Of a stretch of DNA of 64,000 bases, positions 1 to 10,217 are shown piece by piece. The notes beneath the pieces were generated by a model. That model saw only the letters and a program-made list of their open reading frames with translations, ran no database searches and was not told the DNA's origin. The translations under genes and the position numbers were made by a program. Source of the DNA: Patescibacteria group bacterium (GTDB lineage: Bacteria > Patescibacteriota > Patescibacteriia > Patescibacteriales > UBA12465); assembly GCA_041651195.1 (NCBI GenBank), contig JBAZJR010000003.1, positions 82,441-146,440 of the forward strand. The letters run 5' to 3'. The first letter of the stretch is position 1; the number at the start of each line of letters is the position of its first letter.

Positions 1-658
1 AGATTTTTACGCCTTTTATGACGGCGTATCTCTTGACGCGGTCATATAAGATCTGCAACTCTTCTTTTGCCTCATTCAAGGAAGCTATTAATTTTTGTTC
101 CTTGGCTAGTGTCTGTTCCCAGTTTGGCGTCTTGGCTATAATGGCATCTTCCTGGTATTTTTCGGAGTAATTCAGGGAGAGGTAAATTACCGCCAGGTTA
201 TTACTGATACCGGTCAATAAAGTCTTGGCTGATGAGGTGCTTAGGTCACCGGTTTTAAAATCATGGAGCAAGGCTAGGAAATCGTCGGCGACATATGCCC
301 ACCCTTTATAGCCAGGGTCGGGAGATAAGAGCCTATAAGTTCTGGCGATAATTTCTCTCAGTTCGCTCATGATTTCCGCTTTAGTCGCTTCGTTTCCGAT
401 TTCTTCTTCTTCGGCTGATGTCGCCAATAGTAGCTTAGCCAAATAGAACAGGCTGAGTATCAGCAGCGGGGCAGATAATAATAAAAATATTAAATTGCGG
501 ATCGACCCATGTCCGGCATTAGCCGTGGCTGTAAGTTTCCAATAATTCGGGTCGGAGACCGCCAAGACCCATGGGCACGCTAAGACTAATGATATCAGGG
601 ATAATATCCAGATGCCCAATATCCTCATTTTTCTGGTAGTTAAAAATATTTTTAACAT
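1..658 (-). CDS. Hypothetical membrane protein, 3' end runs off the window (not in ORF track)
   Basis: Manual translation from ATG at 658 (MLKIFLTTRKMRILGIWILSLISLVLACPW...IRNLIFLLLSAPLLILSLFYLAKLLL...) stays open to base 1; two hydrophobic segments; AAGGAG SD upstream. Confidence 0.7.
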   Translation of the reverse strand, partial: MLKIFLTTRKMRILGIWILSLISLVLACPWVLAVSDPNYWKLTATANAGHGSIRNLIFLLLSAPLLILSLFYLAKLLLATSAEEEEIGNEATKAEIMSELREIIARTYRLLSPDPGYKGWAYVADDFLALLHDFKTGDLSTSSAKTLLTGISNNLAVIYLSLNYSEKYQEDAIIAKTPNWEQTLAKEQKLIASLNEAKEELQILYDRVKRYAVIKGVKI

Positions 659-855
659 GGTTTTTTCTCCTTTTTCCAATCCCGGCTAAGGGATACAGAG
701 ATTTAGGCCCACCAAAACGGTGCTGGTCCCTCGGCGTAGGCCGGCTGGGAAGGCTCAAGTGGATTTTATGATTTATCTCCACTAAAATAGCGCCAGGTTT
801 AGCGATATTTCGGTAGAGATAAATTTTTGTCAAAGAAGCATATTTTTAATAATTT

Positions 856-884
856 ATTTTAATAGGAAATATTATTCCTGTCAA
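856..884 (-). promoter_or_regulatory. sigma70-type promoter for the 658->1 ORF
   Basis: Minus strand TTGACA-17bp-TAAAAT. Confidence 0.55.
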
Positions 885-989
885 ATAGATCAGGCGGATA
901 AAAATATCAGGCGCCCCCTTTATCTTTTCTTAATCTCTAAATTTATAAAATATCGTGGTTGGTCATGACTGATCATAACGATATTTTTT

Positions 990-2390
990 ATGTTCCAAGC
1001 TAGGTTTTTTGGCCACAACTTTCGATTTACTCCGGCTAAGATTTTCTTTTTTACAAATTTAGCCTTTATTGCGGCTATCTTTATTTTTGGTTTCCGCCCG
1101 GGCGCTTTCCAGGCGCGGCCAGGCGAAAAAGACTTGGCTTATTATAACGGCCGCGACTTAAGTTTTAGCGGCCGGGTTTGCGAAGAAGCGGATCTGGATT
1201 ATAAGAGCCGGCGTTTGACGGTGTGCGTGAGCGGCCAGGCAAGCGGCCAAGTATTAGTGACAGCCGATCTCTACCCGGCTTATGATTACGGCGATTTCCT
1301 GCGCATCAGCGGAAAATTACAAGCCCCGCCGGAGATTGACGGCTTTGATTATGCTAGTTATCTGGCGCGCTATGACATCTATTCGGTGATGTATTACGTT
1401 AAGATCGAGCGTGTGAGCGGCAACTTAACTTGGCCCCAAGCGGCTTATCGGAGGTTGCTATATTTGAAGCAATCCTTAAAGAATATCATTGATTCCTCTC
1501 TCCCTGAGCCAGAGGCCGGACTAGCCGATGCGCTTCTTTTGGGCTATCGCCGGACCGTGGATAGGGAAGACCTGGATATTTTTGCGCGGGTCGGACTCAG
1601 CCATATGATCGCTATCTCTGGTTCGCATATTACGATCATGAGCGCTATGATCATTAATTTTCTCTTAGCGCTTGGTTTCAGCCGGCGCCGCTCCCTCCTG
1701 GTAGTTTTCGGATTTCTGGTTCTTTATCCGCTCGTGACTGGCCTGGCTGCTTCGGCTGTCCGTTCCTCGATCATGGGCGGCTTAGCTTTCCTGGCGATTT
1801 ATTATGGACGGTCCAGCTCCTTGATTAAGGCTTTAGCCTTTTCCGCCGCGCTGATGCTCGCTTTTAACCCGCGTTTATTGCGCGACGATATCGGCTTCCA
1901 ACTATCTTTCTTGGCGCTCTTAGGCATCATTTATCTTTACCCGCTCGGCGAAGGGATAAGCCGGCGTTTATTGGATAAGCTAAGGTTAAACCATCGCTTT
2001 CGTAATTTCTTAAAGGCTATCCTAGATACGGTCAATCTGACTTTAGTTTCTCAAATCGTTATTTTGCCGGTGGCCCTAGTTAATTTTAAGCAGCTGTCAT
2101 TGATCGCGCCTATCGCCAATATCTTGGTGCTTTGGACTTTCCCATTGCTTTTAGCTTCGCTCTTCTTCGGTATTTTTGCGTCTGCTCTGATGCCGACAGC
2201 CGGAGCCTTGTGGTTTCTGTCGCCTTATCTTTTGCTTAAGTTTATTTTTGTCGTTTCTGAAATATTGGCTGCGCCAAGTTGGGCTGCGGTCAAAATTGAA
2301 CATTTCTTTTGGTTTTTGGGAGGTATTTATTATTTGATTTTAATTTGTTTCGTTATTATCGGCCATAAATTTAAATCTAGGCTAGCTTGA
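990..2390 (+). CDS. comEC: ComEC/Rec2 competence protein (OB + Competence domain, no MBL domain)
   Basis: GLSHMIAISGSHI, SAVRSSIM and DIGFQLSFLA motifs; multi-TM. Confidence 0.92.
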   Translation: MFQARFFGHNFRFTPAKIFFFTNLAFIAAIFIFGFRPGAFQARPGEKDLAYYNGRDLSFSGRVCEEADLDYKSRRLTVCVSGQASGQVLVTADLYPAYDYGDFLRISGKLQAPPEIDGFDYASYLARYDIYSVMYYVKIERVSGNLTWPQAAYRRLLYLKQSLKNIIDSSLPEPEAGLADALLLGYRRTVDREDLDIFARVGLSHMIAISGSHITIMSAMIINFLLALGFSRRRSLLVVFGFLVLYPLVTGLAASAVRSSIMGGLAFLAIYYGRSSSLIKALAFSAALMLAFNPRLLRDDIGFQLSFLALLGIIYLYPLGEGISRRLLDKLRLNHRFRNFLKAILDTVNLTLVSQIVILPVALVNFKQLSLIAPIANILVLWTFPLLLASLFFGIFASALMPTAGALWFLSPYLLLKFIFVVSEILAAPSWAAVKIEHFFWFLGGIYYLILICFVIIGHKFKSRLA

Positions 2391-2419
2391 TTGACTATTA
2401 TTAATATTCGTGTTATTAT
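2391..2419 (+). promoter_or_regulatory. sigma70 promoter with extended -10
   Basis: TTGACT-17bp-TATTAT preceded by TGn. Confidence 0.6.
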
Positions 2420-2479
2420 TCCAAATTAAATGATCTTTAAGAAAAAAATAATAGAAAAATAAAAAACGGAGGAAGTACC

Positions 2480-3658
2480 ATGTTCAAGATCCCGCGCTTG
2501 GAGCAAGCCCTTCTTTTAGTTGATAATTCAGCCAGAAACTTTGAAGTGATTTGGTGGTCTCTGTATGATAAGAAGGTGATTGCTACCGCCCCTTTTGGAT
2601 TAGCGGTCAATTACCGTGAATTTCCAAATTATCTACTCAGTCTTAAGACGGCGATTAATAATCTTAATTTTCAGGTAAGCGAACGTTTCCTGCTGCCTGA
2701 TCTTGCCGATCAATATTTCGGAGCGATTACCGGTATCCATATTGATCTAGCCAATTGGATGGCTAAATCCCGTCGAGTTTACGTTTTATCTAGCGACTTG
2801 GCGGCGCGACTGGCTTTGACGCCGGTAGATGATATCACCTGGAATGACATTAAGTTTCCGTTTGATGCTTTTGCCATTAGCTTGGAGCAGCCCATCACCA
2901 CTATTTCGGGCAAGATTTTCGATTTCATAATTGTCGCCAAGATTATGGTCGATGGCCAGGAGTGCCTGGTGTTCGATCTCCTGTCGCCGGAATTGGCGAA
3001 TCTGCGTAGACGTAGCCAGGAAGAAAATAAGCTGATCAGCCGCTTGGTTAAGCGTAAAGAGTATGCCAAAGCCCTGGAGAAAATCAATTCCTATCAAGAG
3101 CAGGAAATAAGCCGAATGAATAATACGGAGCTAAACACTCGGGTGCTCATTTTGACTGAACTGCTCGGCAATCAATCAATTCATGCTTCTTTGGCCGCCT
3201 TATTCAATATTTCCAAAGCCAGCATGATGGAAAAACGTGTAGTGCCGCGTCGCTCGGCTAACCCTGAAGATTATCCGGAATGGGATCAAGCCGCTAATAT
3301 AATTTGCGGTTTATGCTTATATTTAGCTCAACATTCGAAGAAGCTTACTTATTCAGATATCGCCGGCTCCACTAAGGCCATCCATAGCGGCAAGTATGAT
3401 AATTCGGCGGTAACTTCCGTAGAGGATGTCTGCAGCGTTGCTTATAAGGGAGTCTTTAATCCAGATGAGCACGAAATTATTATTCAAGCCAGTGGTCGCA
3501 CCTTTGAGATGTCGGCCCATTTCCGTCGCGGGCATTGGCGAAAAGTAGATGACGGCAGCGGCAATACCAAGATAATATGGATTCATCCGACCCTGGTCAG
3601 AGCCGACCGTTTATCGGAAGGCAGTCTACCTGGCGGACTCCTTCAAAAAGTGGAATAA
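2480..3658 (+). CDS. Hypothetical protein with C-terminal HxRRGHW motif (AcrVA2/FinQ-like C-terminus)
   Basis: 392-aa ORF with GGAGG SD; C-terminal SAHFRRGHWR...IWIHPTLV. Confidence 0.6.
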   Translation: MFKIPRLEQALLLVDNSARNFEVIWWSLYDKKVIATAPFGLAVNYREFPNYLLSLKTAINNLNFQVSERFLLPDLADQYFGAITGIHIDLANWMAKSRRVYVLSSDLAARLALTPVDDITWNDIKFPFDAFAISLEQPITTISGKIFDFIIVAKIMVDGQECLVFDLLSPELANLRRRSQEENKLISRLVKRKEYAKALEKINSYQEQEISRMNNTELNTRVLILTELLGNQSIHASLAALFNISKASMMEKRVVPRRSANPEDYPEWDQAANIICGLCLYLAQHSKKLTYSDIAGSTKAIHSGKYDNSAVTSVEDVCSVAYKGVFNPDEHEIIIQASGRTFEMSAHFRRGHWRKVDDGSGNTKIIWIHPTLVRADRLSEGSLPGGLLQKVE

Positions 3659-3663
3659 AACAA

Positions 3664-3690
3664 AAAAGCCTTTCTTTTAGAAAGGCTTTT
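3664..3690. terminator. Bidirectional intrinsic terminator
   Basis: AAAAGCCTTTCT-ttt-AGAAAGGCTTTT between convergent genes. Confidence 0.85.
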
Positions 3691-3706
3691 ATTTTTGTCG
3701 CTTATC

Positions 3707-3961
3707 TTATTTTTTCGTCTTAGCCTTCTTTATTTTCGGAGCTTTCTTTTCGCCCTCTTTTAAGGCCGGCTTCCGTTTGGCTTTCACCCGTTTCGGCTTA
3801 TCTAAGGTGCGCAGGCAAGAAGTGCAGAGTTTGGCCTTTTCGCCGTCTATCATCTTAGTCTGCAGATTGATGCCTTGCCTCTTCAAAGTCTTGATCTTAG
3901 AATGGGATCGGCTCGCTCCCTTGGTCGCGCTGCGTCCGCATAAATCGCATTTTTTCGCCAT
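3707..3961 (-). CDS. rpmB: 50S ribosomal protein L28 (Zn-type, basic C-terminal tail)
   Basis: MAKKCDLCGR...SRSHSKIKTLKRQGINLQ...LCTSCLRT. Confidence 0.93.
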   Translation of the reverse strand: MAKKCDLCGRSATKGASRSHSKIKTLKRQGINLQTKMIDGEKAKLCTSCLRTLDKPKRVKAKRKPALKEGEKKAPKIKKAKTKK

Positions 3962-4084
3962 ATTGATACTTATTTAAAATTAGATTCCCGGTCTCCGTTA
4001 CCAGAGAAGGGGATGGAGTCAGATTAACGATTCTATGTTAACAAGGTTTTTAAAATTAATCAAGCTATGGTATAATGATTCCAT

Positions 4085-4696
4085 ATGTCTCAAGAATTGA
4101 GTATCGTTTTCCAAATAATCGTCCTAGTGTTTTCGGCTATCGCCCACGAGTATATGCATGGCTGGGCCGCTTTCCATTTAGGCGATCCGACAGCTAAGGA
4201 TGCCGGCCGACTGACCCTTAATCCGCTTGCCCATCTGGAATGGTTCGGCTCTTTTTTCTTGCCCTTGATCATGGTCATCACTAAGATGCCTTTTGTTTTC
4301 GGTTGGGCCAAACCAGTCCCTTATAATCCTCATAATTTAAAAGATCAGAGATATGGAGACGCGAAAGTAGCGGTCGCCGGACCGGCGACGAATTTAGTTA
4401 TTGCTTTATTTTTTGGCTTATTTTTAAGATTTTTTCCTGTTTTTAATCTGACTTTCGCTAGTCTTCTGGCAGTTATTATCTATATCAATCTAATCTTAGC
4501 TGTTTTTAATCTGATCCCGATTCCGCCTCTGGATGGGTCTAAAATATTGGCGACCTTCTTGCCGTCCGGCCCGCGTCAAAGGTATTTGGAGCTGGAACGC
4601 TATGGCTTTATTTTTATCATTTTATTTGTAATGTTGGCGGGAGAGCTTTTGATCCCGAGCGTTGATTTTTTGTTTAAAATTATCGTTGGCGTCTGA
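4085..4696 (+). CDS. Site-2 protease, peptidase M50 family
   Basis: HEYMH zinc motif, GDPTAK..GRLTLNP, NLIPIPPLDG. Confidence 0.92.
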   Translation: MSQELSIVFQIIVLVFSAIAHEYMHGWAAFHLGDPTAKDAGRLTLNPLAHLEWFGSFFLPLIMVITKMPFVFGWAKPVPYNPHNLKDQRYGDAKVAVAGPATNLVIALFFGLFLRFFPVFNLTFASLLAVIIYINLILAVFNLIPIPPLDGSKILATFLPSGPRQRYLELERYGFIFIILFVMLAGELLIPSVDFLFKIIVGV

Positions 4697-4707
4697 TTCC
4701 GCTGTTC

Positions 4708-4736
4708 TTGACTTATATTTTAGATTTTGTTAAATT
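4708..4736 (+). promoter_or_regulatory. Promoter of the str (rpsL) operon
   Basis: TTGACT-17bp-TAAATT with TGn extension, 130 bp upstream of rpsL. Confidence 0.6.
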
Positions 4737-4866
4737 GAATGAGTAAAAAAATCAGTAGCTTAAGCCTATCCTGAAGAATCAGGATTTTTATAATATTATT
4801 GTCAGCTGAGCGAGCGAAGAACGGATTTATCAGTTCTTCCGGGCGAGGTCGGGCAGTATCGTAGAT

Positions 4867-5286
4867 ATGCCAACTATAAATCAATTAGTAAAAAAAGGAC
4901 GGAAATCAATCGGTAAGAGGCGCAATGCTTTAGCGCTTCATACCAGCTTAGATTCTCTGCACCGCAAAAAGAAAGATACGGCCAAAGGCGCTCCTTTCAA
5001 GCAGGGGGTCTGTTTGAAGGTGACCACGACTACGCCGAAAAAGCCTAATTCTGCCTTACGGAAGATCGCTCGCGTGCGCTTGTCTAATGGCATGGAAGTG
5101 ACCGCCTATATTCCGGGCATGGGACATAACCTGCAGGAACACTCGATCGTTTTGGTCAAAGGCGGGAAAACTAAGGATTTGCCGGGCGTCCGCTATAAAG
5201 TAGTGCGCGGCGTTTTCGACGCGGCCGGCGTCGAGGCGAGACGGCAAGGGCGCAGCTGCTATGGCGCCAAGAAACCGAAGAAATAA
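4867..5286 (+). CDS. rpsL: 30S ribosomal protein S12
   Basis: [27 protein letters not shown]. Confidence 0.99.
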   Translation: MPTINQLVKKGRKSIGKRRNALALHTSLDSLHRKKKDTAKGAPFKQGVCLKVTTTTPKKPNSALRKIARVRLSNGMEVTAYIPGMGHNLQEHSIVLVKGGKTKDLPGVRYKVVRGVFDAAGVEARRQGRSCYGAKKPKK

Positions 5287-5302
5287 TTAATCTTTAAATA
5301 TT

Positions 5303-5770
5303 ATGAGAGGTAAACCAGCCCCTAAGAGATCGATCGAAGGCGATGCGAAATATAACGATAAGAATATCGCTAAGTTTATAAATTACGTCATGGAGCGCGG
5401 CAAGAAAAGCGCGGCTGAAAAGATTACCTATGGCGCTTTTGAAATCCTGAAAGACAAGACTAAGCAGGATCCGCGCCATATCTTCAATAAGGCGATCAAG
5501 AAAGTTTCTCCTCTCGTCGAAGTTCGCGGCAAGCGCGTCGGCGGGGCGAACTACCAGGTGCCGTTCCAGGTGCGGGGTGAAAGGCGTTATTTTTTGGCCT
5601 GTAATTGGATCATTGACGCGGCTTTAGCCCGCAAAGGGCGCTCTAGCGCCGAAAAATTGGCGGGCGAGATCCTAGACGCTTCTAATGGTGAAGGGACGGC
5701 GGCCAAGAAACGGGAAGCGGTCCATAAGATGGCGGAAGCGAATAAGGCCTTCGCGCATTTCTCAAGATAA
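5303..5770 (+). CDS. rpsG: 30S ribosomal protein S7
   Basis: RVGGANYQVP, HKMAEANKAFAHF. Confidence 0.99.
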   Translation: MRGKPAPKRSIEGDAKYNDKNIAKFINYVMERGKKSAAEKITYGAFEILKDKTKQDPRHIFNKAIKKVSPLVEVRGKRVGGANYQVPFQVRGERRYFLACNWIIDAALARKGRSSAEKLAGEILDASNGEGTAAKKREAVHKMAEANKAFAHFSR

Positions 5771-5795
5771 TTTCATTTTTAAATATCATTAAACT

Positions 5796-7877
5796 ATGGC
5801 TCGAGATTACGCTTTAGAAAACATCAGGAATATCGGCATCATGGCGCATATTGACGCCGGTAAGACGACTTTTACCGAGCGGGTTCTTTTTTATACCGGC
5901 AAGAAGCATAAGATCGGCGAAGTGCATGAAGGCGCGGCCGAGATGGACTGGATGGAACAGGAAAAAGAAAGAGGGATCACGATCACTTCCGCGGCGACCA
6001 CTTGTTTTTGGAAAAATAATAAGATCAATATCATCGACACTCCCGGCCACGTCGACTTTACCGTCGAGGTGGAGCGCTCTTTGCGCGTGCTTGACGGCGC
6101 GGTCGCCGTTTTTGACGGACAGGCCGGCGTAGAGCCCCAGTCCGAGACCGTCTGGCGCCAAGCCGATAAATACCAGGTGCCGCGTTTATGCTTCATCAAT
6201 AAGATGGATAAGATGGGCGCTGATTTTTATATGAGCCTGGATTCTATCCGGACGCGCTTGAATCAGAAAGCCGTCGCTATGCAGCTCCCGATCGGCGCGG
6301 AAAGCAATCTGAGCGGCGTAATCGATCTCTTGACCAAGAAGGCCTATCGCTTCACCGGCAATAACGGCGTGAATATAGAAGAAATCCCTGTGCCGGAAGA
6401 TATGCAGGCGAAAGTCGACGAATACCATAATGAATTAGTGGAGAAATCCGTGGAATGCGACGAGAAGACCATGGAAAAATATCTGAACGGCCAGGAAGTC
6501 GCCTTAGATGAACTTAAGGTCGCGATCCGCAAGGGCGTGATCGCTAACGCGATCTATCCGGTTTTTTGCGGAACCGCCCTGCAGAATATCGGCGTCCAAT
6601 TGGTTTTAGACGCGGTCAATGATTATCTCCCTTCGCCTTTGGATGTGCCGGATGTCGAAGCTTCCGATGTCCGCGACCTGGAACAGAAAATCGTGATCAA
6701 GGCGGATGATGGCAAGCCTTTCGTCGGCTTAGCTTTTAAGATCGCGACTGATCCTTTTGTCGGAAAATTATGTTTCGTCCGGGTCTATCAGGGCGTGCTT
6801 ACCGCTGGTTCCTATATCATTAATTCTTCAAAAAATAATAGCAAAGAAAGAGTCGGCCGCCTGGTTCGGATGCACGCTAACCACCGGGAGGAGGTCAAGG
6901 AAGTTTATGCCGGCGATATCGCGGCTGTGATCGGTCTGAAGAATACTACGACCGGCAATACGCTTTGTGAAGAGAACACCCCGGTCTTATTGGAGTCGAT
7001 TGTCTTCCCGGAGCCGGTCATCAAGATTGCCGTAGAACCGAAGACCAAGGCTGACCAGGAAAAGATGGGCGTCGCCTTGCAGCGTCTCGCTGAAGAAGAT
7101 CCGACCTTCCGGGTGGAGTCGGACGAAGAATCCGGACAAGTCCTGATTTCGGGCATGGGCGAATTACATCTGGAAATCATCGTCGACCGCATGAAGCGGG
7201 AATTTAGCGTGGAAGCTAATGTCGGCAATCCGCAGGTCTCTTATCGCGAAACGATCACGAAAGTGGCGGAAGCGGAGCATAAATACGTCAAGCAGTCCGG
7301 CGGCCGCGGCCAATATGGCCATTGTTCACTGCGGGTCGAACCGCAAGAGCAGGGTAAAGGCTTTGAATTCGTCGACGAGATCAAGGGCGGCATCATCCCG
7401 CGCGAGTATATTCCAGCGATTGAAAAGGGCGTCAAGGAAGCTCTGTTGTCTGGTACGGTAGCCGGCTATCCGATGGTGGATGTCAAAGCCGCGGTCTTTT
7501 ACGGCTCTTATCATGAAGTCGACTCTTCGGAAATCGCCTTCAAGATGGCGGCAATCTTTGCCTTTAAAGACGCTTGTCAGAAAGCCGGAGCGATTCTCTT
7601 GGAACCGATCATGAAAGTGGAAGTAACGACCCCGGAAGACTATATGGGTAATATCATCGGCGACTTGAGTTCGAAGCGCGGGCAGATTGAAGAGATGTCC
7701 GACCGGGCTAATATCAAGGTCGTAAAAGCCAAAGTCCCGCTTGCGGAGATGTTCGGCTATTCTACGAGCTTGCGTTCTATGAGCCAAGGCCGCGCCAATT
7801 ACGTTATGGAGTTCTCCCATTATTCCGAGGTGCCGAAAAATATCCTGGAAACCATCAAGGAAAAACAAGGGAAATAA
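5796..7877 (+). CDS. fusA: Elongation factor G
   Basis: [27 protein letters not shown]. Confidence 0.99.
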   Translation: MARDYALENIRNIGIMAHIDAGKTTFTERVLFYTGKKHKIGEVHEGAAEMDWMEQEKERGITITSAATTCFWKNNKINIIDTPGHVDFTVEVERSLRVLDGAVAVFDGQAGVEPQSETVWRQADKYQVPRLCFINKMDKMGADFYMSLDSIRTRLNQKAVAMQLPIGAESNLSGVIDLLTKKAYRFTGNNGVNIEEIPVPEDMQAKVDEYHNELVEKSVECDEKTMEKYLNGQEVALDELKVAIRKGVIANAIYPVFCGTALQNIGVQLVLDAVNDYLPSPLDVPDVEASDVRDLEQKIVIKADDGKPFVGLAFKIATDPFVGKLCFVRVYQGVLTAGSYIINSSKNNSKERVGRLVRMHANHREEVKEVYAGDIAAVIGLKNTTTGNTLCEENTPVLLESIVFPEPVIKIAVEPKTKADQEKMGVALQRLAEEDPTFRVESDEESGQVLISGMGELHLEIIVDRMKREFSVEANVGNPQVSYRETITKVAEAEHKYVKQSGGRGQYGHCSLRVEPQEQGKGFEFVDEIKGGIIPREYIPAIEKGVKEALLSGTVAGYPMVDVKAAVFYGSYHEVDSSEIAFKMAAIFAFKDACQKAGAILLEPIMKVEVTTPEDYMGNIIGDLSSKRGQIEEMSDRANIKVVKAKVPLAEMFGYSTSLRSMSQGRANYVMEFSHYSEVPKNILETIKEKQGK

Positions 7878-7884
7878 TAAATAT

Positions 7885-8271
7885 ATGTTTCCGGAGCAAT
7901 TGCAGAAAATTCTAGATCTAATCAAGAAAACCGGGGATCGGGTAGTGATTTTTGATAGCCGTAATCCGGATGATTCTTACGTCGTTATGGATTTTAATAA
8001 CTATGCCAACCAGGCTGCGCGAGGGGCATCTGCTCCGGCCGCCGCTCCCTCCCATAACTCCCCTGAACCAGCAGCGCCGAAAGCCGAATTATCCCCAATG
8101 TCAGCTAAATCTGATAATTTGACAGAAGAAGATTTAACTGATAAGATAAATCGCGAGATCTCGATGTGGAAGAATCGGGATGTTTCGTCTTTTCTGGGGG
8201 AGGAAAATAAGTCAAAAAATGGCTGGCAGATCCCGCCGCAAGTGAAAGATAAGGCTCAAGAAGTAGAATAA
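7885..8271 (+). CDS. Hypothetical protein between fusA and tuf
   Basis: 128-aa ORF 7 bp after fusA; KILDLIKKTGDRVVI N-terminus, low-complexity linker, LTEEDLTDKINREISMWK. Confidence 0.75.
   Translation: MFPEQLQKILDLIKKTGDRVVIFDSRNPDDSYVVMDFNNYANQAARGASAPAAAPSHNSPEPAAPKAELSPMSAKSDNLTEEDLTDKINREISMWKNRDVSSFLGEENKSKNGWQIPPQVKDKAQEVE
8119..8147 (+). promoter_or_regulatory. Internal sigma70 promoter, probably for tuf
   Basis: TTGACA-17bp-TAAGAT with TGn, inside the 7885..8271 ORF. Confidence 0.6.
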
Positions 8272-8394
8272 GCGAGGTAAAAATATTTTTAATAATTTAT
8301 TAATAATTTAATTTAAGTTCGGCTGGTTTCCTAAGGGTCTAATCGCCCTTGTCAGGAAAGAAACCCCGTTTCACGGGGGCCTTACAACAAAAAC

Positions 8395-9585
8395 ATGGCA
8401 GCAGAAAAATTTGAACGCAGCAAGCCCCATGTTAACGTCGGTACCATCGGCCACGTTGACCACGGGAAAACCACTTTAACCGCCGCGATGTTAGCCGTTT
8501 TCGCCGCGAAAGGCATGAAAGCGTCTCACAAGGGCGTTAATGAAATCGATGCCGCGCCGGAAGAGAAGGCGAGAGGTATCACTATCGCGACCGCGCACGT
8601 GGAATATGAATCCGATAAGCGCCACTATGCGCACGTTGATTGTCCGGGACACGCCGATTATGTCAAGAACATGATCACCGGCGCCGCCCAGATGGATGGC
8701 GCTATCTTAGTTGTCTCCGCGACGGACGGTCCGATGCCGCAGACCAGAGAACATATCTTATTGGCTCGCCAGGTCGGCGTGCCGTATATCGTCGTCTTTT
8801 TGAACAAATGCGATATGGTCGAGGACAAGGAACTGATTGATTTGGTCGAAGAAGAGATCCGCGATCTACTCAAGAAATATGAATTCCCGGGCGACACTAC
8901 TCCGATCATCCGTGGTTCCGCTCTGAAGGCTCTAGAAAATCCGACTGGTCCGGACGCTGAACCGATGATGAAATTGATGGAGACCCTGGACACCTATATC
9001 CCGGAACCGATCCGCGATGTTGATAAGCCTTATCTGATGCCGATTGAAGACATCTTCTCGATTGAAGGCCGCGGCACGGTCGTGACCGGCCGTATCGAAA
9101 GAGGTATCGTCAAAGTCGGTGACGAAGTAGAGATTGTCGGTTTGATGGAAACGAAGAAAACTACCGTGACCGGCATTGAAATGTTCAATAAGCAATTAGA
9201 CCAAGGCCAGGCTGGCGATAATGCCGGGATCTTGCTGCGTGGCACCAAGAAGAATGAGGTGGAACGCGGCCAGGTTCTGTGCAAGATCGGTAGCGTCACG
9301 CCGCATACTGAATTTTCCGCCGAAGTCTACGTCCTGTCTAAGGACGAAGGCGGACGCCATAAGCCTTTCTTCAACGGCTATAAGCCGCAATTCTATTTCA
9401 AGACTACTGATGTGACCGGCGACATTACTTTGCCGGCGGGCACGGAGATGGTTATGCCGGGCGACACGGTCAACCTGAATATCAAGCTGATCGCGCCGAT
9501 CGCTCTTGAAGATAAGCAGAAGTTCACTATCCGTGAAGGCGGCCGGACTGTCGGCGCCGGTTCCGTCACCAAGATCATGAAATAA
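8395..9585 (+). CDS. tuf: Elongation factor Tu
   Basis: [34 protein letters not shown]. Confidence 0.99.
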   Translation: MAAEKFERSKPHVNVGTIGHVDHGKTTLTAAMLAVFAAKGMKASHKGVNEIDAAPEEKARGITIATAHVEYESDKRHYAHVDCPGHADYVKNMITGAAQMDGAILVVSATDGPMPQTREHILLARQVGVPYIVVFLNKCDMVEDKELIDLVEEEIRDLLKKYEFPGDTTPIIRGSALKALENPTGPDAEPMMKLMETLDTYIPEPIRDVDKPYLMPIEDIFSIEGRGTVVTGRIERGIVKVGDEVEIVGLMETKKTTVTGIEMFNKQLDQGQAGDNAGILLRGTKKNEVERGQVLCKIGSVTPHTEFSAEVYVLSKDEGGRHKPFFNGYKPQFYFKTTDVTGDITLPAGTEMVMPGDTVNLNIKLIAPIALEDKQKFTIREGGRTVGAGSVTKIMK

Positions 9586-9591
9586 TCACTT

Positions 9592-9620
9592 AGACCCGCT
9601 CTTCAACAAGGGCGGGTTTA
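9592..9620 (+). terminator. Hairpin/terminator after tuf
   Basis: AGACCCGCTCTT-caac-AAGGGCGGGTTT. Confidence 0.6.
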
Positions 9621-9673
9621 TAGTGACTATTTGAGCAATTAAAATTTCAACTAAATAATCATAAAAGTTCATT

Positions 9674-10009
9674 ATGTCGGAGACCAAAAAAGAAGAAAAA
9701 GATTTCAAGCAAAGAATCAGGATCAAGATCCGGGCTTTTGATCATAAGATCATTGATCAATCTACTAAGACGATTATCGAAACTATCGAGCGGAGCGACG
9801 CGCAATTCTTCGGGCCGATCCCGCTGCCGACCGAAAAACGGAAATATACGGTCAATCGTTCGACTTTCGTGCATAAAGATGCTCGCGACCAATACGAAAT
9901 GCGCACCCATAAGCGGATGATTGATATTATTGATCCGACTCAGAAAACTATCGAAGATTTGACGAATTTGGTCTTGCCGGCCGGGGTTGACGTAGAAATA
10001 AAAATGTAG
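9674..10009 (+). CDS. rpsJ: 30S ribosomal protein S10
   Basis: [31 protein letters not shown]. Confidence 0.98.
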   Translation: MSETKKEEKDFKQRIRIKIRAFDHKIIDQSTKTIIETIERSDAQFFGPIPLPTEKRKYTVNRSTFVHKDARDQYEMRTHKRMIDIIDPTQKTIEDLTNLVLPAGVDVEIKM

Positions 10010-10105
10010 TAGGATTACGAAGTAATATTTAATTGGCTAATCACCGCCTAAATAACTCTGAATTTAAAGAAAGTGTTTGAGCGAAAATTAGCTAAATATT
10101 GGAGG

Positions 10106-10203
10106 TAAATCAGCTGGATAAAACAAAATAAAAAATAGGCGGAAAAAATTATTTTTTATTTTTGATTTTTTGAAGCTGGTTTAGGCAACCAGTTTTTGTT
10201 TTA
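10106..10203 (+). promoter_or_regulatory. Putative terminator/antiterminator leader before rplC
   Basis: Long hairpin 10106-10183 overlaps terminator hairpin AGCTGGTT-taggc-AACCAGTT plus T tract. Confidence 0.45.
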
Positions 10204-10217
10204 TAAAGGAACATTAT

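Noticed and set aside
519-833. Tracked 104-aa minus-strand ORF
   Set aside because: Overlaps out of frame with the better-supported gene starting at 658 (SD, TM segments); TTG start and no recognisable features
8340-8382. CCCCG-tttca-CGGGG hairpin upstream of tuf, and similar short GC hairpins near 15860 and 56390
   Set aside because: No shared sequence long enough to define a repeat family; too short to call
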